This document shows positions 40,731 through 51,600 of a stretch of DNA of 64,000 nucleotides, piece by piece. The first letter of the stretch is position 1. Every line of letters begins with the position of its first letter. The notes below the pieces were generated by a model, which had not been told where the DNA came from, did no database searches, and worked only from the letters and a program-made list of their open reading frames with translations. Location: positions 2,604,001 through 2,668,000 of the forward strand of contig CM035352.1 in assembly GCA_020137815.1 (NCBI GenBank), given 5' to 3'. Made by a program: the position numbers and the translations under genes. The DNA is from Hormiphora californensis. Lineage: Eukaryota; Animalia; Ctenophora.

Positions 40731-41374
40731 ATGCTATCATTATGTTGTTTCAAGGGAAAAAGAAAAGAACGTGTTACTTATAAACCTGTGCCACCGCCCC
40801 AAGTCCAGTCCAGACCGGTGGATTGTCCCACGCCCCAAGAACCAAACCAGTACAACTGTATTGGGCAGATTAGACCTCAAGTTCCCCCTCGCCCACAGTA
40901 CGATCAAATCAACCACCAATCTAAAAAGAGAGCCCAGATGCGGTATTCCTTACAAAGTCCATCAACGATCAATGAGTATGCTGTACCATACAAACCCACC
41001 ATACAGCCAGCTGTTATACACACCCCGCTACACTACTGCACCTCCCTGAACCTACCGACCACACCTACTGGAGGTGGGTCCGTTAGGGTGAAAGAGAAGG
41101 GAGTACGACGCAAAGCACAGTCTCTCCTCATCCCACCCAGCCCCCTCGATTACAAACAACACCCAACTAAAGAAGAGGACGAGTCTAACGATTATTTTGA
41201 AATTGTTCTACTTGAAACTCCTGAAAAAGGTGAGTTTGGTGTAATAAAATATTTTCCTGAGACTAATTGAATAACTCCCAGATCTACCTACTACTGGAGC
41301 CAGCCCCTGTTATCTTGACCTGGTTTTGAACGAAGACGTTGCCTTCAATAGCATTACATTTTCCCAAAATCCTG
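40731..41374 (+). CDS. Pro-rich protein with N-terminal CC and several Tyr motifs (5' exons; unknown gene)
   Basis: ORF MLSLCCFKGKRK..PQVPPRP..NEYAVP..NDYFEIV; GTGAG donor at ~41230; next exon 41282-41374. Confidence 0.55.
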
Positions 41375-42205
41375 GTAAGTAGTGTGTTACACATGGACTA
41401 TTATTGATCAGTAGACATGTACAAGGAAAAATGTGTTGAAAACAGTGTTAAATTGGATGAAAAAATCTTGGATATTTCAGTATGATATATACATACTACC
41501 ATATAGACTAATTCTAAACTACATTTCAAACGACGGCCACAGAAGACTTATATATTTTTCAAATTGAGTGAAGTACAATTCTATTAACTGAATGGTTGCA
41601 CGAATATGAATATGTTTGTACTTTGTGTATGGTAAAACTATGTATGGGTTATGGTTCCTAACAAAGACTTGATCCCGGTTGTGTAATGCGTTGGAAAGGT
41701 ATTGGACTTTATTTGAGTGCCATCTTTAGTGCATTGAAATATACTAGTGATTTACACTATTTCTATTTTAAATGTGTTTGTTATCTTCTGACTTCTTGTC
41801 CCATTAACATTTCGTTGTCTGATTGGTTCAGACTTCAGTAGACACTTCACAATAGTAAAAATGTGCCACCACACCAACAGTATATGCGTGAGTCAGGGGC
41901 TGTCATGCAAAACTCCTGGCCGCGGGATTCCAAGTCACAAGTGTGTCCAGTGGGTTTGGGTCTCATCTTGGGTGGATTCCCAAATCCTGGATACAGCGTG
42001 AAGCCCCTGCAAGCGGATTCCAGGGTCTGCAAGCCCAGTAGGGGTCGAGTGGACAGACTCCCAACATGGTGTACGATTTTTAGGCCTTTTGGCATATGCT
42101 ACAAACCCTAGCGATGGGTAGGGCATCGTTTTTCAAGGCCTTTGCAGTTTGCCCTTTTTGACCACCTTATCGTGATTTTGGACCTGAAAGGAAAAACTGC
42201 AACTA

Positions 42206-44150
42206 AAGTCCGTTTCAAGCGACTTGACCCGTAATTCTTGGAATTTGGCGCATTGCGCGTGTATTTACAAAGGGGAAATCCTGAATTTCCAGGAATCTCA
42301 GGTCAAGTCGTTTGAAACGCACTTTATTTATTTTATTTTGGCGGGGGGATATCGCGCACAATGCGTCACAATTAATGTAACGCGCGAATTAAGTCCGATA
42401 TAAGCGCTGCCAAAAATGTGATTTCTCAAGCCGCGCGCTGAAAATTTCGTTTGTGAAATCGCCCAAATAAATTTCATTTTTTGACCAAAATTTTATTTTT
42501 TGACTAAAGTCGAATTTTTTATTTAAGCGACAGGCCGCCGCGCATCAAAATGCAGCGCTTGAAATCGATTTCCGGTTCCTGATAAGCTAGCGACTTTTTC
42601 TTGATGCCATTGGAAAGATAAAAATTTTATCTTTCCAACGCAACCAGGATCAAGTTTCTATCTCATCAGGAACCGGAGATATGACCAATTAACCAATTGT
42701 GTGCGCGGCGGCCTGTCGCTTAAATAAAAAATTCGACTATAAATGAGGCCCCTCGGAAATGTTCAAGTCATGCACAATCAAGTCACGCCCACCAATCACA
42801 GCGCAGAACGCGCGAAGCACTCCGCGCGTTCTGAGCTGTGATTGGTGGGCGTGACTTGATTGTGCATGACTTGAACATTTCCGAGGGACAGGGGGGTCTT
42901 TTTGACCTTATTTCAAACGCGCATATCTCCGGTTCCTGATGAGATAGAGACTTGAAATTTGGACGTTGGAAAGATCATGCCAAGTTCTTCATAAACTCCA
43001 AATTTCAAGTCTTTATCTCATCAGGAACTGGAGATATGCGCGTTTGAAATAACTCCACAAAGACCCCCCTGTCCCTTGATTAAAAAATTCGACTATAACA
43101 GATTTCTCTCTTAGTAGAGTCGATAACTACATCGACCTCTCCCAATTGTTCCAGTTTTTGTCACATCTGTTTGGAGCCTCGACACGACCTCTAAACAGGT
43201 GTTACTTTTTCACAAACTGTTTTCATTTTGGTGTAATCAGCATTTGAAATGTTGCTGATCATAACAAAAACCTAACTATTTTTTTCAACTTGGGGTAAAA
43301 CCATGGGTGTCAAAAGTTAGCTCTAAGTCCCCTGAGTAACCATCCGGAGACTCTAAGAGATATTTCAAGCCGTTCTCCCGTAATCATTAATCCCGGTGGA
43401 GAAAAAAATACAATGCGGACGTACGTGAGCGCTGGCAGGCTGTTTACATGTTATTGTATGTCTCTCACTCTCTCTGGAAAAACCGCACGTGCGCCTCTTT
43501 CTCAAGGGGGAGAAAAGAGAGAGACGCACATTAACGTTATACATTAAAGTTGAGGTTGTAGGCAATTGCACGTACGTCCATACTCAAATATGTGCTCTAC
43601 CGGGATTAATGATTACAGGAGAACGGCTGGAAATATCTCTTAGAGTCTCCGGATGGTTACTCAGGGGACCTAGAGCTAACTTTTGACACCCATGGTTTTA
43701 CCCCAAGTTGAAAAAAAATAGTTCGGTTTTTGTTATGATCAACAACATTTCAACTGCTGATTACACCAAGATGAAAACAGTTTGTGAAAAAGTAACACCT
43801 GTTTAGAGGTCGTGTCGAGGCTCTAAACAGATGTGACAAAAACTGGAACAATTGGGAGAGGTCAATGTAGTTATCGACTCTACTATCTTTTCTTTCAACG
43901 AAATATGTGTCTTGGACACATTTAAGTCAGGAAACAGCCTAGCTTCGCGATTGGTCTTACTATAATAATTCAAATAAGACAGAAAAGTGAATGATGAATC
44001 CCTCCCTAGTCCCTTCTAAAGTCGAATTTTTTAATCAAGGGACAGGGGGCCGCGCATTTACAAAAGTCAATTTGCGCGTGCTAAACGTTTTCGCTCATAT
44101 CTCCTGTTCCTGATAAGATAAAGACTTGATCTTGGTTGCGTTGAAAAGGT
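42206..44150. mobile_element. Nest of MITEs and palindromes
   Basis: AAGT MITE 42206-42324; TIR element ~42507-42739; palindrome 42750-42887; GGGACAGGGGG..CCCCCTGTCCC element ~42885-43075; ~290 bp TIR element 43114-43883 with TA flanks. Confidence 0.85.
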
Positions 44151-44310
44151 CTTTAAATTATTATCCGCATGGCAGGGTTTACAAATACAGCTCCTTAAAA
44201 TGTTAAGCCGTGGTGCTCGAGGTTTGAACTTTGACCGTTGCCCGTGGAGGGTACATGTAAATTTTTGGTTTGTAAGTTCAAAAGTAATTTTTACTACATA
44301 ACCACCTCAG

Positions 44311-45084
44311 ATGTTTGATCGTCTCCCATATGAGCTTGTGTGTACAATCGTGTCATACCTGGACTCAGAGGACTTTGTTAGTACCTCTCTCGTCTGCAGG
44401 ACACTAAACCGGGCACTTTTCGAACTGTCAACTTGGACACAACGGCTCGACAGACATGGCATTGTTCTGAACTATGAAGAAATGGAAGAGATCGGACTGG
44501 ATACCCTGAAATGGACATATGAGCTGTGGAGAGTTAATCTTTTGAAGAATGTTAATATGGATGAGGGTCTGGAGACTAGCGAAGGAGAAGTATGGAAAGA
44601 TGCAAGCTATACAGGTTGGGATGTCGGCGGAGGTCAAAGAGTTAGAGCGTTCAAAATTGAGAAACATGTTGGATGTGACCCATGGCCAGAGGAGGCAGGA
44701 CTGGTACATCACAACGCGGTGACAACTCACTTCGCAGGCACTCGAAGTCAGAAAATTCAGCTCCAGAATAAAGTACCGACTATTGTACAACAGCTGAAAG
44801 GAGGACGGAAAATTCAGGTTCACTGGTCTGTTTGGATAGCACCTAGATCTGATTGTAGGTCACGATTTACTTCTTCTTTAACTTGGGCAGGAGGAGAAAT
44901 AGAATTGGAAAAAATGGAGTTGAGCGCCGGTAGGAAGTGGATTAAGTTACAGAAAGTTGTTACTTTGGATGGATGTCTGGACGGGGAGTTCGTCTACTGG
45001 GAAACTGGATCTGATTCTCAGTTTTGGTCGGGATATTACGGAGTGAAAATCCTTAGCCCTAAAATAACCATTAAAATTGTTTAG
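44311..45084 (+). CDS. F-box protein with FBA (sugar-binding) domain, FBXO2/6/44-like
   Basis: LPYELVCTIVSYL F-box; NLLKN; APRSDC; DSQFWSGYYGVK FBA C-terminal motif; single exon. Confidence 0.88.
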   Translation: MFDRLPYELVCTIVSYLDSEDFVSTSLVCRTLNRALFELSTWTQRLDRHGIVLNYEEMEEIGLDTLKWTYELWRVNLLKNVNMDEGLETSEGEVWKDASYTGWDVGGGQRVRAFKIEKHVGCDPWPEEAGLVHHNAVTTHFAGTRSQKIQLQNKVPTIVQQLKGGRKIQVHWSVWIAPRSDCRSRFTSSLTWAGGEIELEKMELSAGRKWIKLQKVVTLDGCLDGEFVYWETGSDSQFWSGYYGVKILSPKITIKIV

Positions 45085-45288
45085 AAACTGAACAACTGCT
45101 GCACATTTATCATTGGAGAAAGTTTATTCTTGACCTTGATTCACTTTATGTAAAAATGTTATCTTTGTAAACTGTTTGTGTAAACTGTGTATTGTTTTAT
45201 TTCAATTTTCTTCATAATATCCTACAAATGTTGGTTTGTTGTTGTTCACTCACCCTCTAATCTACACACCCTCTCCCCTTGTAGCAGT

Positions 45289-48182
45289 ATGGGTGGACGG
45301 ACTAAACGGAAGAGTGGGGGTGGAAAACAACCACCTGAGGAAGTGCCGTGTCCTCATATTGAAAAGTCTATAACAATTTCCAAGGTAATTTCCCTGTCTT
45401 ATTTTTCTCACTTCCCAGTCCTAACACCCTCCCTCTCTTTCAGATCCGTAACGCCCTTATTAACCCTCCCTCTCTTTCAGATCCGTAACGTCCTTCCTAA
45501 CACCCTCCCCCCTCTTTCAGATCCGTAACGTCCTTCCTAATGCCACCTTCCACCGATGTTCCTCGTGTAGCAGCTCAGAACGGGTATTCGTGTGTTTGAA
45601 GTGTGGGAGGCAGTTTTGTCCCAGTCACCGAACAGGACCACACCCGAACCAACAATCATTCCGTGGCGAATGGAGTTAGGAGGAGGGGGCGGTGTGAGGT
45701 GTTACACTTGTGACAAGGATGTTACAGAGAGTCAGAGTGAACCGATACAGAAAGCACTGACGATTGTAGCAGAGTTTCTGAAGAAGAAGCATGGTGAGAA
45801 GAAGCAGTGCATCCTTGAGCCTGCCCGGAAAAACACCGAGGAGACGTGTTGAGAATGGGGAAAAGGAAAATGGGAAAAATGAGAATGGTGTTGATTCAAC
45901 TCATTCTAGAGGAACCTAGTTTGTTCGGACTGAAAAACACTGGTGTTATTTGTTACTTTAACTCAGTGCTACAAAACCTCTTCCAGACGCCCCTGTTTCG
46001 AGTATCTCTTGAGAACAGCATGACAGAGCATCAGCTAACGGTTGAGAACTAAAAAGTATGGGAGTATGGTTTTACAACTACCGCCGATTGAGAAGCCCTG
46101 CATGACTCAGAAATTTGTGTCATTTCTCGATTATAATGATGCCAAAGATCGGTCTAAATCTCCGTATGCTCACGAGGTTAGTTTTGTTACATTGACTGCC
46201 ACTGTGTGTTGCTTTATCAGCCGCTATTGCAGTACACAAATCAAACAATTTAAATTTAGCCATCTCACCATCTAAGAGATGGAAATATTTGTAGCGCGCG
46301 ATGATCGCCAAATGGCGGGAGTGAAGTGTCAGCAGTTGCATTTCCATGGCGCGCGTTTTAAAATCCCTGGAAATGTGAATGAAAATTGGAACGGATCCAT
46401 GCATTTGGCATTCTGCCTTGTTTTCTGTAATCTCGATTCCCTGAGACTCTGCCAGGCTGGTGTAATACCAACTCCCCTTTTCAGATATTCAAGAGATGTG
46501 TAAGTACAATGAGTGTCTATCTGATGGCCAGCAAGATGCTCAGGAAGCTTTCCATTCTATCCTTCACACTGTGATCAGCGATGAGGCCGTGAAACGAAGA
46601 GATGCAATAATGAGGGAACTAAATATCACCAAAGGCAACACCAAATCATTGCCGGAGGAGAAAAAGGAGAAGTTTTACGAATTTCTCAGATCTGCCTCGG
46701 AGGGAATATTTGTTGATCAGCTGTTTGGGGGTAAAACAATCAACCAAATCACTTGTTTGGAGTGTAGTAGCGTTACCAAAACAATTGATCCCTTCCTGGA
46801 CTTGTCCCTGCCGATGCCCAAGAAGGTGCAGCCCACATTTTATCGGAAGGAGAAAGTGAAGGAGGAGAACGGATTGAGTAAACACCAAAAGAAAAAACAG
46901 ATGAAGGAAAATAGGAAGGGGAAGCGAGATAGACGAGACAGTTCTCAAAGCAAACAAAGTGAACAAAATACAGAGCAGCTACAGGTGATAGCTGAAACTC
47001 CGCCTTGTGAGGAAACTCCAACCACTCCCTCAAAACAAGATAATACTACTACACCAACTCCCTCAAATATGGATACTACAGTAGCAACTGCCTCTAATAT
47101 GGATACTACTACTACAACAACTGCCTCAAAAGTGGATACTACACCAGATACTACTTCCCAAAGCAACCATGTGAATGGTTCCAAAGTAGAAACAGTGTCT
47201 TCAGAAGATGAGAGTGAGCCAACTGTAATGGAGGTACTAGATTTGCTGTCCCCAGAACCTCCAATAGTTGTTTTGGAGGCCATAGAGGTCGTAGAGAAGG
47301 GGGAAGGACAAGATAACGAATCTGGAGAGATCAAATTGGACATTCCTAACGACAACAGGTCTGATGAGAGATCAGAGATACAAATCAAACAAGAGGAATC
47401 AGAAAGTCTCAGAGAAGCAATGGCAGATCTAACAATAACGGTTAATAAGCTGAGAGGGGGTCGGCTACCTGATACCGAGGAGGAGGAGGGAGATCAGGAG
47501 GGAGATATGATGGGTGGGTTGTTTGGGGATGAAGAGAATGGAGGAGGGGAGGATGATTTGAGTGTTTTGGATACTAGTGAGCAAGGGGAGGACACGTTGG
47601 AAGGGTGTCTGGCACAGTACTGTGCTGATGAGATCCTAACAGGTGAGAATCAGTTTGGTTGTCTCAAGTGTGCCACTGAGGAGGAGGATGGAGGGGAGTG
47701 GATCTGAGGGAGATGAGGAGAGGAAACCCGTTTTGGTAGATGCACAGACCCAGTTTAGACTTCACACTCTCCCGCCTGTTCTAGTGATACATCTGAAACG
47801 GTTCACCCAGAGCAATCGAGGTCACTACACTAAGGATAGGAGACGGATCAGCTACCCAGTGAACCTGAATCTGGATAAGTTTACAGTTCGTGGAATTCAT
47901 CGGTACCGGTTGTATGGGGTGGTGGACCACTCAGGTTCCCTTAACCACGGCCATTATATAGCCTACGTGAGGAAGAGGGACACTGCTATAGATGACTGTA
48001 TGGAAAGGACTGTACCTTTAGGAGAGAGGATACGGCTTCTTGGACAGATTAATTCTGAGAGTACTAAAAAGGATGATTGGTATTGTTGCAATGATGAACG
48101 GGTTAGTAGTGTTAATGTTAAGAAGGTCCTATCTGCAGATGCATATCTCTTGTTTTATGAGAGAGTATCTCCTGTCACGTGA
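45289..48182 (+). CDS. USP16/USP45-like deubiquitinase (ZnF-UBP + C19 domain), apparent frameshifts
   Basis: CPHI..VCLKCG..CYTCD ZnF-UBP; GLKNTGVICYFNSVLQNL Cys box; QQDAQE; DPFLDLSLP; LVIHLKRF; YGVVDHSGSLNHGHYIAYV; AYLLFYER. Several frame breaks at 45630-46050 and ~47695. Confidence 0.85.
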
Positions 48183-48311
48183 TATAGTTGTTAATATTCA
48201 ATATGTTTCACTACCGGGCTGGTTTCTATTCCAGCTCTTTTGAAACTGTTAGGACCTAATAATTAGGTTATGCACTAACTACCGGTCGGTGTTTAGCGTA
48301 TGTATGGAGTA

Positions 48312-48448
48312 AAGTCGGATTTTTAGAAGTTGTCACCCCAAACGTCAAATTTCGTGATATTTATTACTTTTTAACTCGCACACTACACGTTAAAATGTGA
48401 CAAAAACGAGCACACGACAAAGGGGGTGACAACTTCAAAAATCCGACT
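48312..48448. mobile_element. AAGT..ACTT MITE, TA flanks
   Basis: AAGTCGGATTTTT(A)GAAGTTGTCACCCC / GGGGTGACAACTTCAAAAATCCGACTT. Confidence 0.75.
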
Positions 48449-48648
48449 TTAGTTGTTGATTACTGTTAAAACTATAAAATCATGTTTTAAAAAAGGGGTA
48501 TTTAAAATGTTAAAGTGAAAGTTTTTATCAAAACTATTAGTTTAGAAAACTCATCTCCTTCTATTCCCCCTAACAAAAACTATCTCCCCCTTCCTATCAA
48601 AAGATATATCACATTATCCTGACAAAAATTAGGCCACATCTCAACATG

Positions 48649-51600
48649 TTAATACTGGGGTAACTCTTTAGAACATTCCTTTATGTTTGGGAGGTTAATA
48701 CTACGTCTAGAGGATAACGTTATGCCAGTGCTCTCACTAGATGTATTCTCTATCACTATCGTGTCCTTCTGTACAATGTGTTCTCTCTTTACACTTCTCA
48801 AACTTCTAGCAAGGTCCCTGGCGCTGGAACTAACAAATGTCTCGGATAGTCGTGATCTGAGAGAAGCTATTTCATTCTTAGTAGCCCCCTTTCCGCCCAA
48901 TTTCCCCTTGCACCAGTTCACAAAGTCCACGATGATGTTGCTGTAAATGGTGGGGTTGACACAGCTGTTAATGGGCAGTAGTATCACACTGGACACCTTG
49001 TAGTACTGGGTGGCGTCTATTTTATCCAGTGTGTGCAGGAGGCAGATCACCCCAAAGGGAACCCAACTCAGTACAGTAGTAGTTATCATTAGAGTGATCT
49101 TGGTTTGTAGTTGTGCTCCCCTCCGTTCTCTCTTGCTGATGGTGCTCCTGCCACTGGAGGAGGATCTTGCTGCCATGGCAACCGGCGATGTAGATAGACT
49201 GAGATGATGGAGAAGCAGATAAGGTTGAGGGACAGTATGGAAAGGGAGAATACTCGCTGGGGATCTGTAGGGGAGACAAAATACTTGAAAAGGCACACCC
49301 CGTCACTTCCATAGAACTTCAGGGATTTTCCCACGGACTCAGGGAACACCCTCTGTAAAGACGGTGCCTGTTATGAACTCTCTCACCTCCCTCCACGTGT
49401 AGATGGAACTGATGGTGTAGTTAGGCACCTGTCCAGTGTTGGTTAGCATGTTCTTTATAGTTGTTTACCAGCGTCTTGTGGACCTCCGAGTGATGCGACT
49501 TTGTTGAAGAGAGCGTTGGATTTGTAGTATAGACCGTTAGTGAAGTAGTCCTCTGTGAGATCGAATATCGGGAAGACGGAGATGAGGGTAGGAGAGAGTC
49601 AGGACTGTTACTATTATCAGAGTTACTGCTACCCTGTGGGTTGTCGCTACACGGGCCCTCCCTCCCAGTGACTTGAGTGTTGTTATCCTGTTATAGGGAA
49701 GGAACATATTGATCACTCATGTTAATGATATCCAATCTATTAATTAATAAAGCTCCCCTCCAAACCCCCACCCTTTGACTAACTCTCTTGACTACCCCTT
49801 TAATCACTCCTTAATTACCTGTAGATGCTAAGGCAGAGCATGGAGAAGATGGATGTTTGGGTACCAAATGTTGATAGAACACCCAGGGCAGTACAGTGAA
49901 GGGAAGTCACCCACTCGTATCTGTAACAGGAACACGTGTAACATGGTTAGTAGCTCTCTAAACCCCTCCTCCCTAAACCCATGTACTGTTTACCACGTGC
50001 ATCCTATGTTTCCCACGTGCACACCGCGTAACCCCCAGGTACCTTTGTGGGCAGAAGTCTGTTTTGTACCACTGGTCCACAGCAAACACGGTTATCAGAT
50101 ACACGCCCACACAGGTGTCTCCCAGGGAGATAAGAAGAACTAGGGAGAGGTTGATAAACTGGGCACGTGATCTGAAGAACTTCTTCTCACTTGCTACACC
50201 GTGTACCTGGCATGTTGATATAAAGGGTTAGTTTCTCTGTGTTCAAGCTTTACCATAATTACTTTCTCGATCGCCCAAGTATTCGAGTACTCGAGTATAC
50301 TCCCGATTAATCGATTCTGATATGTTACCAGATAACAGTTTCAATAGGTTATGAAACCCGATAGTTGATTTATCAGTCGTCTGAAGAATTTGCGCGCACA
50401 TGATAACCGCCAGCTGGGAGATTTAACACCCTCCTCGCAGTTTGACAGACCAGTTCTCTCTTTCACGCATTTCTCTTCATTTGAATAACATGCGTGTAAA
50501 ATTCTAAGTATTGAAAATGTGTGTAAACACACAGTTCTGTCAACAAAAGAAAGGGGAAACATGTCTGCAACACGTTTCAATGTTATCTCTCTCATAAGGA
50601 GTGAAAAGAATCACATTCCATTCATTTCTCTCTCTCATTGTCTCTTTTACTGTTCACTACCTCTGACAGTGTGTATTGCCCCTAATCTTTCTCTCTCTTT
50701 CTCTAACATGTTAGGAACAGTAGACACTAAGTCTACACACATTTTCACGGTGTCTGTTGACTAATTGCCAGCAGTCCTAGTGTGTTTCACCTTGTGTTGT
50801 GTCTCTTATTTGTGTGTAATTACTATCGGGTTTCATAAAATATGAACGTTTGTTAGCCTATCGCGTTATAGGTTTAAATCACCTCCCCCTCACCCTCGGC
50901 TGGCGCCTCGGAATCGGCGTCGGGATTTAAATGAAGTATGAACGTTTGTAGACTGGCGCGTTATCAAGTTGGCTGTCGCCAGCGCGAGCTGGGAACAGCC
51001 AACTGGAGTTTAATCGCCCGGCAGGGCGATTAAACTGGTTTAAATCCCGACGCCGATTCCGAGGCGCCAGCCGAGGGTGAGGGGGAGGTGATTTAAACCT
51101 ATAACGCGATAGGCTAACAAACGTTCATATTTTATGAAACCCGATAGTAATTACACACAAATAAGAGACACAACACAAGGTGAAACACACTAGGACTGCT
51201 GGCAATTAGTCAACAGACACCGTGAAAATGTGTGTAGACTTAGTGTCTACTGTTCCTAACATGTTAGAGAAAGAGAGAGAAAGATTAGGGGCAATACACA
51301 CTGTCAGAGGTAGTGAACAGTAAAAGAGACAATGAGAGAGAGAAATGAATGGAATGTGATTCTTTTCACTCCTTATGAGAGAGATAACATTGAAACGTGT
51401 TGCAGACATGTTTCCCCTTTCTTTTGTTGACAGAACTGTGTGTTTACACACATTTTCAATACTTAGAATTTTACACGCATGTTATTCAAATGAAGAGAAA
51501 TGCGTGAAAGAGAGAACTGGTCTGTCAAACTGCGAGGAGGGTGTTAAATCTCCCAGCTGGCGGTTATCATGTGCGCGCAAATTCTTCAGACGACTGATAA

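Noticed and set aside
41847-42185. Overlapping short ORFs before the MITE nest
   Set aside because: No recognisable motif or consistent splice chain.
42924-43040. Hammerhead-like CTGATGAG..GAAA
   Set aside because: Stem II is poor and there is no stem I; it is part of a DNA inverted repeat in a MITE.
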